A DNA stretch of 64,000 bases from Octopus bimaculoides (taxonomy: Eukaryota). Location: the NCBI RefSeq assembly GCF_001194135.2, contig NC_068989.1:15498104-15562103 (forward strand). Reading direction: 5' to 3'. Positions 1 to 10,821 of this stretch are shown here, piece by piece; the first letter of the stretch is position 1, and every line of letters starts with the position of its first letter. The notes beneath the pieces were generated by a model. It had not been told where the DNA came from and searched no databases. It saw only the letters and a list, made by a program, of their open reading frames with translations. The translations under genes and the position numbers were made by a program.

Positions 1-339
1 CGTTAAAAGAAATGTAATTGAAAAAAGAAATCTAACATGCGTGTGTGTGCGTATTTGTGTTTGTGTCTATGTGTTTTGAATAAAAAAATACCAAGGGTCA
101 TAAAAAATGAAACGAAAAATAAGATGAATCGGTGAAATACGAAACAATTAATAAAAGAAATGAAAGAAATAAAAAAGAAATATATATATGACAAGGAATC
201 AGCGAACACAAGACATCAACATATTCTAATAGATCTTGTGATGGAAAAATCAATTTCTGTATAAATTGATATTTTTCCTTATCGCCTTCCTCTTCAATGT
301 CATCGTCAGCATCAATAATAATGACAACACCAACAATGA

Positions 340-507
340 TAATAATGGTTTCCAATTTTGGCACAAGGCCAGCAGGTTTGGGGGAGTTGCTAAGACAATT
401 AAATCGATCCCAGTGTTCAGCTTGTACTCATTTTATCGATCCCGAAAGGATGAAAGTTAAAGTTGACCCCGGTGAAATTTGAACTCAGAACATGGAACTC
501 GCAGCCT

Positions 508-508
<1 letters not shown>
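340..508 (-). mobile_element. SINE family B copy (tRNA-type head, central GACTTTGCCTTTCATCCTTTCGGGGTCGAT module, ATT tail), internally deleted
   Basis: Reverse complement matches the copies at 34769, 44897, 58435 and 62529. Flanked by AAT-rich and (AAC)n repeats. Confidence 0.8.
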
Positions 509-538
<30 letters not shown>

Positions 539-555
539 GTCTTCGGGAAAGAATA

Positions 556-1400
556 TAGGAAAAGTGAATCATTTCCTTTTTATGTACGATTTAATGCTTT
601 GGAAAGAATTCACTGAATATTTTGGTACAAACTGCCAACATAATGAAGAAATAATATTGGGAAGATATTTGGTATTTGGGAAAATATTTGGAAATTTAGA
701 AGATGTTTGATGGAGGCAGGGCGTGGAAAAACCATAAAATTTGTTGGTATGGATCTACCCAATTGGGATAATGATGACAATAACAAACCTTTAAATGTAG
801 AAGGAGAATATTAGTATATGGAGTGTGATAAAATTAAAAGTATACAAATGAAGAAAGTCTTCGTAAAGAATAATTTCATGGAAATAAGGCTCGAAAATCT
901 AAATTGGTAGCGCGAAATATCACAAAAGTAATCAGCTTAAGGCAGCGTCACTAATTAAGTAGGTAGAAGGAATAACTGAGTGGAGAAAGGCAGATTTGAA
1001 GGATATCCATAGGAAGTCGAAGAAGCAGCTCATAATGTACTGACGTATGTATCTATAATCAGATGTGAATCGCTTATGTTGGGAAAGAACTAAAGAAGGA
1101 AAGGGGAAGGTGTATCCATCGAGAAGACAAAGAAGTTCTTCTGAGGAAATAAATAAGTGAAGGATTATTTACAGTGTTATCAGAGTATAAACAGGAAAGA
1201 ATATTTAAAAAAAAGTATTGGGAAAAAATAGAAACTTTTATGGAAAGAAATATGAAGTGTTTTCTTTTTCAAAAAAAAAAAAAGATAAATGAAAAATGAA
1301 AAAAAGCCCCAGGAGATAAGAAATACCAAGAACAGCTGGCTATAGTTAAAGAAAGGTGTATTGAAGAAAGTAACTGAGAAAATGATTTTAGTAGAACTGG
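556..1400 (+). pseudogene. Decayed R4/Dong-clade non-LTR retrotransposon RT/thumb fragment
   Basis: Frameshifted translation gives NHFLFMYDLMLW (cf. xHLLFMDDLKLY) and IIEWRKADLKDIxRKxxK-like and SDVNRLY..KxGRG-like motifs, as in the 15-17 kb copy. Confidence 0.6.
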
Positions 1401-1637
1401 AACAGGTTCTAATAGTAAATTAGCTCAAGAAAGTAATAGTGAAACTGGACTGTTCAAGCAATTTTAGAATTTGCAGCGATACACATGAGACAATATCTCC
1501 TATTTCATCAGAAAACTCACAGCTCAAAATGAATACAAAAACGTATGCACAATAAATTTCTTGCATTAATTTCTCTAAGCTGGCCAATCTGCTGCTGCTC
1601 GTACTACAACTAATATCACGCTTGCTAATATAATAAT

Positions 1638-1852
1638 AATCCTTTCTACTGGAAGCACAAGGCCTCATATTTGGGGGAAGGGATTAAGTCGATTACATCG
1701 ACCTCAGTGCGTAACTGATGCTTATTTAATCGACTCCGAAAGGATGAAAGGCAAAGTCGTCCTCGGCGGAATTTGAACTCAGATCGTAAAGACAGACGAA
1801 ATGCCGCTAAGTATTCCGCCCGGCGTGCTAACGATTCTACCAGCTCGCTGCC

Positions 1853-1854
<2 letters not shown>
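1638..1854 (-). mobile_element. Full-length SINE family B copy flanked by (AAT)n on both sides
   Basis: Minus strand reads AAGGCAGCGAGCTGGTAGAATCGTTAGC...CTGAGTTCAAATTCCGCCGAGG...CCTTGTGCTTCCAGTAGAAAGGATTATT. Confidence 0.9.
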
Positions 1855-1883
<29 letters not shown>

Positions 1884-2524
1884 NNNNNNNNNNNNNNNNN
1901 NNNNNNNNNNNNNNNNNNNNNNNNNNNNNNNNNNNNNNNNNNNNNNNNNNNNNNNNNNNNNNNNNNNNNNNNNNNNNNNNNNNNNNNNNNNNNNNNNNNN
2001 NNNNNNNNNNNNNNNNNNNNNNNNNNNNNNNNNNNNNNNNNNNNNNNNNNNNNNNNNNNNNNNNNNNNNNNNNNNNNNNNNNNNNNNNNNNNNNNNNNNN
2101 NNNNNNNNNNNNNNNNNNNNNNNNNNNNNNNNNNNNNNNNNNNNNNNNNNNNNNNNNNNNNNNNNNNNNNNNNNNNNNNNNNNNNNNNNNNNNNNNNNNN
2201 NNNNNNNNNNNNNNNNNNNNNNNNNNNNNNNNNNNNNNNNNNNNNNNNNNNNNNNNNNNNNNNNNNNNNNNNNNNNNNNNNNNNNNNNNNNNNNNNNNNN
2301 NNNNNNNNNNNNNNNNNNNNNNNNNNNNNNNNNNNNNNNNNNNNNNNNNNNNNNNNNNNNNNNNNNNNNNNNNNNNNNNNNNNNNNNNNNNNNNNNNNNN
2401 NNNNNNNNNNNNNNNNNNNNNNNNNNNNNNNNNNNNNNNNNNNNNNNNNNNNNNNNNNNNNNNNNNNNNNNNNNNNNNNNNNNNNNNNNNNNNNNNNNNN
2501 NNNNNNNNNNNNNNNNNNNNNNNN

Positions 2525-2620
<96 letters not shown>
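1855..2620. repeat. (AAT)n microsatellite spanning assembly gap (N 1884-2524)
   Basis: Pure AAT arrays on both sides of the gap. Confidence 0.9.
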
Positions 2621-2732
2621 CCTTTCTGCTATAGGCACAAGGTCTGAAATTTGTGGGATGGGAGCAAGTCGATCACATCGAACCCACTGTTAACGATTCT
2701 GCGTGCAAACAATTTTGCTAACTGGCTGCCTT
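2618..2732 (-). mobile_element. Internally deleted SINE family B copy, (AAT)n on both sides
   Basis: Retains the B head (AAGGCAGCCAG) and tail (CCTTGTGCCTATAGCAGAAAGGATT) with the centre missing. Confidence 0.8.
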
Positions 2733-2789
2733 AATAATAATAATAATAATAATAATAATGATAATAATAATGATGATGATGATGATTCC

Positions 2790-2990
2790 TGATTCAGGCA
2801 CAGAAATTTTCAAGGGATTTCTAGATACCAGCGACCTCAGCAGTGACTAGTACTTTATTTTATGACTACTAAAACGATGAAAGGTTAATTTGGCGTCACC
2901 GGGATTTGAATTCAGTTAATGATAAGCCGGAATCAATATCATCAGATATTTTCTTACGATGCTCTAACGATTAGGCCAGCTTAGTAATAA
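2790..2990 (-). mobile_element. Old diverged SINE family B copy
   Basis: GATGAAAGG..AAT and GGATTTGAATTCAG motifs, following an AAT/GAT array. Confidence 0.55.
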
Positions 2991-4363
2991 AGATTAGTAG
3001 GCACATAGCTAATATATGTTGAGCGTGGAGTAGGTAGATTATATTAAAGTTAATAATTAACTGTTACTTCAGTTCGTCGGTTGTTGGAAGGAGAAATTTA
3101 ATGTCGGTTATATATGAAATCATGAACGAAAATTTTTTTAACTAAATGGTGAAGTGCATTTTGTATGTCAATCAACGGACGCGACCATCTGCTATCTAGG
3201 GCCTAGGAATAGGTACAAAATTGGAAAGACCTATCTCAACCACCTATACAAGACCACCACATCTTTTTTTACTGTAAGACATAATATCTGTAAGATCAGT
3301 AATAAGTTCGGAGTCGAAAAAGACGTCCGACTCAGTTTCAAAAAGGATAGCTTGATCAAATGAAATCACTGACAATGAAATCAGGAAAATATCAAAGAAA
3401 TTCGGTCCAGAAACCCCTTGGATTAGAGAAAGGTGACTATATCAATTTCAGTACGTTAGAAAGAAAAGAACTAATACGAAATGAATATATCCGATCCAGC
3501 GGGTTAGGGTGATACTGGTTTCCCAGGTACGTGGTTTTGTGTTCAGTCCCAATGAACAGCATCTTGGACAGGTGCCTTCCACTATATCTGGACCGACTGA
3601 AGCTGTGTGAATGAAGTCTGTCATATATATATATATATATATATATANNNNNNNNNNNNNNNNNNNNNNNNNNNNNNNNNNNNNNNNNNNNNNNNNNNNN
3701 NNNNNNNNNNNNNNNNNNNNNNNNNNNNNNNNNNNNNNNNNNNNNNNNNNNNNNNNNNNNNNNNNNNNNNNNNNNNNNNNNNNNNNNNNNNNNNNNNATA
3801 TATGCGAGTAAAAATAAATACAAAAAAGGTGGGTTTTTTTGTATGATTGTGTATAGAGGAATATATTATTTTGCTTAAAAGAGTTCCAACACTGTCTGTT
3901 TTTTATGTTTTATTTATATTCCTGCAGAACTAATGTGGGGTATAGAATATGGAATATACAATATATAATATGATATACAATATACAATATAAAATAAAAT
4001 AACATAAAAATGGATGGCACCATGAAAGAAAGTATTGAATGTAGATGATATATATATATATATATATAAAAGCTACCGCTTTGAATCAGCTCAGGATTAT
4101 CTCTCTTCGGCATTTCCGATTGAGAGAGACTAAAGAGTCAGAAACGCCTGTGGGAATCCGTTAGAGGAAAATACCGGACAGATGTGTTGCTTTTACACAT
4201 TTTACTATAAGAGACGATTTTTTCCCCATGGCAACTGCAGTGGATTTGCCTTCAGAAGTTGAAATGTGTCACAAACATATTTTAACTAACCTAAAGTTCG
4301 TTAATTCATCATCACTATTTGGTGCAGATGCTACTATGTATATATATATATATATTTACATAC

Positions 4364-4420
<57 letters not shown>

Positions 4421-5364
4421 ATAATTAGAAAAAAAGGAAGGCTGTTGATAAATGTAAATCCATTACCCAAAATCTGAAATAGTTTGTATGTACATTACCA
4501 GTTGGAACAGAAATGCAGGAATTGAACTTGTGAAGGAGGTGATATATAAATCCAGTGCAATTGGAATAGACACTTACCTAAAACGAAGAGAAAAACAAGA
4601 CACTGTATTAAAAGTATGATAAATATAGCAAGACAACGTATATGTTATTCAAGTACAGTAGTAATTGAATAATATTATTAAGGCCGTAACTTACTCACAC
4701 GCAGCACATTTCAAAGTTTGTCGCTAATTCAGTTCTTAACCAAATTGAAAACTGTTAACATTTTTGACGAGGAGTGGTCCCTAACTACATTTTGGCATTA
4801 AAAATTCAGATTCTATCCAGTAAAACAAAAAAATTACAACAAAGTTTGTAGCAACGTTATAGGAGAGTAAGTAACGCTACAATCAAGTTTAGATCTAAGA
4901 TCTAAATAACTTTTTTTTTATTTTAAAAGCAAAATATATTTATCTTAGCTTCAATGATAGAAGAAAGCATAAAAAATTTCACAGTTTTGTTTCCATGCAA
5001 CAAAAATTTGTATCAAAAAAGTTGTGAGATAAAATATAATGAAAAAAATATAAGGCAAAATATTGGACTTAAGTATAATTAACCTATTTATTTTAAAAAC
5101 ATATTATATTTTAGTTAAGATTAAATGATAGAGCTCAATTCGAAGAATTTCATGGTATCAATTTCATGCAATGAAGTTTTAAAAGAAAAAAGTTATGGGT
5201 GTTTGTTTCTCAAATTTGAGGGTGATATTATAGTTCTATACTCTTTTATGAATATTATTCTATAAGGGGACTTTTAATACATGTCACTGGCGTCATTGAG
5301 GTAAGGGAAAAAATTATCAACGACAGATTTGACACATTATTAATTAGCATAATAGCATAGCCTG

Positions 5365-6238
5365 GAAAAAACATGGATTATATGGAAAAATGCGAGCAAG
5401 AGAAATAATATTCTTAAGATTATAAACCTGGAAAATTACAGGACAAATTATTACACTTGGAAAAGTTCAGGAGAGCTTATTACGTCTGGTAAAGTACAGA
5501 ACAAGAAAATGTTTACTTAAAATATTGTAGCTAAGGATAAAATTTGATTACATAAAAAATTATTTGATTTTAATTTACAAAGTAACATTATAATTAAAAA
5601 AGTACCATCATTTTATTAAAATATTGACACTAGAATACTTAAAAAAATGAGAGCCAGAAGTACCAATAAAGCTAAAGTTTTATGCGAAGTAGAATAGTAT
5701 ATATGGTAGGCAAATTCATTATGTAAAAAATAGGCATTGGGTCAAGACTAAAAATGTGAAGACTTGGCTATAACGTAAGCAATAACGCAAGCAAATTTTA
5801 CTGTAATATGTAACTAATTTTTGAATTATTCTATTTATTGTACTAAGTATGTACTACTATTATTTTTTATAACCTATTTTCAAAATTCTAATTATTAATA
5901 AATGATTAAAAAAATGAATTGTTTTAAAGTGCAAAGCATATTTTAATTGAGTTATTTTTAATTTTTAATAGAAGTAACAAGTAATAACAAATAGAAGTAA
6001 TAACTTGTAATGAAATTTTTGGTTTTAATAAAAGCTAATATCTTCTAAATCTAAATATTTTGTTAGAAATTTTATCCTTAGATGTAATATCTTAAGCAAA
6101 AGTTTTCTTGTTCTGTACTTCAGATGTAAAAGCTATCCTGAACTTTTTCAAATGTTATAAATTGTCCTGTAATTTTCCAGGTTTATAATCTTTAAAATAT
6201 TTCTCTTGCTCGCATTTTCCCATCTGCGTGTTCTTTAC
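5365..6238. mobile_element. Foldback/MITE-like element with long imperfect terminal inverted repeats (about 160 bp)
   Basis: 5382-5545 (ATGGAAAAATGCGAGCAAGAGAAATA...CCTGGAAAATTACAGGACAA...GTACAGAACAAGAAAA...CTAAGGATAAAATTT) is the reverse complement of 6067-6223. The interior is AT-rich and noncoding. Confidence 0.75.
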
Positions 6239-6493
6239 ATAAAACGCATAAGCATTAAATACGCACACAAAGCATAAATGACAGCTGCAACAAAAATGTT
6301 AAGTAATTCAACTCCAGTAGTACGTCGTGTATNNNNNNNNNNNNNNNNNNNNNNNNNNNNNNNNNNNNNNNNNNNNNNNNNNNNNNNNNNNNNNNNNNNN
6401 NNNNNNNNNNNNNNNNNNNNNNNNNNNNNNNNNNNNNNNNNNNNNNNNNNNNNNNNNNNNNNNNNNNNNNNNNNNNNNNNNNNNNNNNNNNNN

Positions 6494-6700
6494 AGGGGAG
6501 AATTCACAAAAAACAAAAGACAAAGACAGGTGGTGTAGATAACAAACAGATGTATTAGTTTAACGCTCGGGAAGTGAAAAAGTCTTTAACGTTTCAAGCC
6601 TACGCTCCTCCACAGAAAGGAACACAGAGAGAAACAAGGAGAGAAAATAAAGAATGTGTAGTGGCCAGATATCTATCATGGCGAATGCCGGTCAGCGAGG
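6494..6700 (-). mobile_element. Repeat family D, probable Penelope-like terminal repeat with hammerhead-like motif
   Basis: Reverse complement of 36310-36490. Contains CTTT-CTGTGGA-G-GAGC-GTAG-GCTT-GAAAC-GT-T-AAAG. Confidence 0.55.
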
Positions 6701-7949
6701 TCACACAGGAGAGCTAGGAAGAAGGGGAGATAATAAAGTATTGGTGATCCCAAAACGAAGGTGCTCGTGCGTGTGTATAAGAGAATGTGTGCGTGTGGAA
6801 GAGGGCTGGTGACCTTGACGTGTGCGTGTGGGTATGTGTAGGTGTAGGTGTGTGGTGTGGGGCTGGGAAGTGGTCAGTGCTAGTGTGTGCGTGGTGGTGT
6901 GATGTGATGTGGTGTTGTGTGGTATGGTGGTGTATGGTGTGGTAGTGTGAGGTGTGGTGTAATGGTGTTGGGAGGCGGGGAGGCGAGAGTGGGGAAAGCA
7001 AGGGTGGGGTGTGGGTTAGGATGAGCGTAGGAGTAGAGGTGGGGTATGTGGGTAGGCTGAGNNNNNNNNNNNNNNNNNNNNNNNNNNNNNNNNNNNNNNN
7101 NNNNNNNNNNNNNNNNNNNNNNNNNNNNNNNNNNNNNNNNNNNNNNNNNNNNNNNNNNNNNNNNNNNNNNNNNNNNNNNNNNNNNNNNNNNNNNNNNNNN
7201 NNNNNNNNNNNNNNNNTATATATATATATATATATATATGCTTGATAAGTGTTAACGCACGAAATTCTTGGCCTTTGAGTCACTCTCTTTCTTCTGCTAA
7301 ATATTAATAAAAATATATAGATCTATCTATCTATCTATCTAGCTATCTATATTTATGCATGTATGTACACACAAACACACACACACACACACGTGCGCGC
7401 GCATATTTACGGACAATAGTATCCATACCTTTGATGGAGTCAGCAAAACTCGCAAGAGGAAGTCTGTATTAGAACCAAAGAGCTTACATCTCTCCAAAGG
7501 GCGTGGCTTCGTGTCGGTATTAGAAAATAATTATTAACACTAATATTATGGCAAATGAAGTGAATTGTCAGAAACGGTAAATTGTGTGAAGTGAAACGCT
7601 TCGCGACAGCCATATTGGAAAACAATTTAGAGCAGATACTATAAACTTCTGATATAGCAAAGTTCTTTTGATATCGCAGACTTATACAAAGTATGGGGAT
7701 TATTGCTGATTCTGTTCCTCAAATTATTTCGTATATTACATTCGTTTCTAAACCATTTTTAATTATCTAAAATATATACAGACAATAATGCTGATACGCT
7801 TGACAGAGAAAAGCAAAACACACTGGAGGTGGCTCAGACACTAGTGGTCGCGGAACACTGATCATTAGTTGATATTGATGTCTAGTTTGATAATAAATAA
7901 TATTTCTTGTTTTTTTTTTTGTCATCGATCCTCTTCGATATAGTAACGG

Positions 7950-8160
7950 TAATCACCACTTTTGCTAAAACCACCACCACCACCACCACTGCTGCTACTA
8001 CTACTATTATCATCTCCGCCCCCATCAACAACACCATCACCACCGCCACCACCGTCACCGCCATCATCATCATGATCGTTAACGTTAATACCATCGCTAC
8101 CATCAACATCACTTGTACCAACATCACAATCATCACCACCACCACCATCATCATACCATC
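7950..8160. repeat. Degenerate (CAC/CAT)n trinucleotide low-complexity tract
   Basis: Direct inspection. It produces the spurious T/I- and V/M-rich ORFs. Confidence 0.85.
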
Positions 8161-9343
8161 CCTAAAATAAGTACAGGTTAAATATTAGGGTTGATTATAT
8201 TAACTAAACCATCTACTCTACCAAACGTGTAATCGTTATGGCTACGAACAACAATAATGTATTATATTCAAGTGTTAGCGACAGATTCCTGTAGTGTAAA
8301 GAAACTGTCACACTCTGGAAAGGGGATGGTAAAAATGAATGTGAGAGAGAGAGACAGAGACGGAGAGAGAGGGAGAGAGTGTAAGATTTAAACGAACGCT
8401 ACTGGTTCATGCACACATGCATACATACATTTACACAGAAACGAATGCTATTAGTGCGCACAAATACACACAGATGACATTTAGCTGTATGAGAGTGGGC
8501 TGTGTACATGTACGCACGCCATTAGAGTTCGTATGTGTATGGGTGGATGCATGCCATTTATATGATCTCAAGTGCTTCTTAAATTATTTCATTACCGTAT
8601 CGGAGTTTGGTGTGTTACGGTAGACAATGGGAATAGAACACGACAGCGAGAATGAAATGAAAAGAGGCAGAGAAGAAACAGCAGAAGATTGAGGAAAGAG
8701 TAGAGAAAAGAAATAGGAATTAGGAATGAACTGACGATGAGTAGAAATGACGAAGAGTATTAATTTGTGTAGAAAAACAAAGTGAAATAATGGAAGAAAG
8801 AATTAAAGGAGTTTTATGACAAACGATTAAATTGAAACTAATATGGGGAGAATGATAATTGCTAATGAAGAAAAAAAGGTGAAATATAAATGATGACAGC
8901 AAATTTTTTTTACACAAGCCAGAATAAAACAGAGTAGAAGAGAAAATATGAGCGAAGAGAATAGACATGTTTTCTTTGAAGTTAATCAAAGGATTGTGAA
9001 GGAAATGACAGAATATTATTGCTGAGTTTGGAGATTCTTATGTCTGACACAAAATGTGCCGTGGGATTTCTACAAGTACTGCTAATTATTATTATCGCTT
9101 GTGACATAGTTACGGAGCTAGACATTTGTGCGGAGGGATACAGTCGCTAGCATTGACCTCAGTGTTTGATTGTACTTTATTTTACCAACCCGAAAAGGAT
9201 GAAAGGTAAAGTCAACGTTGACTGGACCGTAAAGTACAGGAACTAAATACTTAAGGCGTTCTGTCTAACGCTCTGTAGTTTCTTATTTCTTTATTGCCCA
9301 CAAGGGGCTAAACACAGAGAGGACAAACAAGGAACGCTTTGAA

Positions 9344-10418
9344 GTCGATTTCCTGTATATTGGAAAAAAAGGCGGGATGGTCATGGCTGGAACGCTATTG
9401 ATCATAGGTTTACTCAATCAAGATAGGGTTGAATAACAACTTTGCACTCAATGTTTTTTTTTCTGGCTTCCATAAATAAGTTCAACCCTCCGATAATTGA
9501 TTTTGATTTTGATTTTGAGAGAAAGCAGCCATATTGAATGGAGGGGGCAAGTGGATCTCATCAATCTCAATAGCTGACTGGTACTTATTTTATCAACCCT
9601 GGAAAGGATGAAAGGCAAAGTTAATCTCGGCGAGACTTGGATTTAGAACGTAATGCGTACGACTAAATAAATGCCACTAAACATTTTATCTGACGCTCTA
9701 ACGATTCTGCTAGCTCACTGCTTATTCCGCATTTGATAACGGCAGGCAAAAAGTTTTGCCAGTTATCTTGCCTTGTGTTCAATGTTGAAATCTCGCCAGA
9801 GTTAGCTTTGCTTTTATTGTTTCGGATTTAATCAGGTCCAACCTCTCCTTCTCCAATCCCAACTCTCTCGTCATTTGCAGCCATATGGTCATGCTAGAAA
9901 TCATTCTTATTATCTTCATTATCGTCATAATATTGAGGAAAATTAAAAAAAAACCCAAAAGACAAACATAATAATGTATTAATAGCAGCAATTCTACATC
10001 ACCGCCACCGCCAATGCCACCATCGCCATCACCTCCAACCCTTTAGTTGACATCAAGTAGCAGATTTCAATGATTACATCATCATCATCATTATAATTGT
10101 TATAAAATAAAACACTGTTATTGTAACAGCCATCAACATATGAATATGATCACATCATATATCGATTTCACATCATATTTTTCAATATCTTCATCATTTT
10201 CACCAATCCCATCCTAACCCCAAACCTATCTTTTTTATCATCCTCATCATTGTCATAATCGTTTTATTTATGGAAGCCAGAACCCCCCCCCCCCAAAAAA
10301 AAACATTGAGTGCAAAGTTGTTATTCAGCCCTATGTCTATCTTGATTGAGTAAACTTATAATCAATACCGTTCCAGCCATGACCATCCCGCCTTTTTTCC
10401 AATATACAGGAAATCGAC
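9344..10418. repeat. Local inverted duplication (9344-9479 vs 10264-10418)
   Basis: The arms are nearly identical in reverse complement, including the distinctive ends GTCGATTTCCTGTATATTGG and TTCTGGCTTCCATAAATAA. Confidence 0.85.
9540..9724 (-). mobile_element. Diverged SINE family B copy (further fragments at 9120-9345)
   Basis: CTGGTACTTATTTTATCAACCCTGGAAAGGATGAAAGGCAAAG and CTAACGATTCTGCTAGCTCAC motifs. Confidence 0.75.
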
Positions 10419-10821
10419 GACCGTATTATCCAACGAGTACTTTTGGAAGACAATAAAGTGTGCTGTGAGGATGATTTGGTTGTTATTTTTAACACGTTGA
10501 ACTACCGTGCAAATGCTCACATCAACCTATGATACAGAAACAATACAGTTTTATATACTACCTTCTTTATTACCTGCCCCACGATCAACATCATTGTTTC
10601 TATCTTTTTTATTGGATCCCGCAATGTCAAGTCGACGAGACAAACTCAATGTTTACGCTCGAGATGGTAGAAACAGTATCAACGTATACAGTAAATTCTA
10701 TCTTATTGTCTTAATATACTAAAAAATGTAACCCAGAATTAATCATTCCTTCTTAAATAAAGATGATGGTCAGGTCCAGAGCGCTTTTGGGGGGATAGAT
10801 CAGTTTAAATCAGGGCTCATA

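Noticed and set aside
1420-1668. 82-aa minus-strand ORF as a possible host exon
   Set aside because: Begins inside a SINE tail, has no recognisable domain and no convincing splice-site pair.
1801-2638. Long ORFs (242 and 261 aa) and the other X-containing ORFs
   Set aside because: Artefacts of N-gaps and (AAT)n/(TA)n repeats.
7882-8170. Hydrophobic or Thr-rich ORFs resembling membrane or mucin proteins
   Set aside because: Translation of degenerate CAC/CAT trinucleotide repeats.
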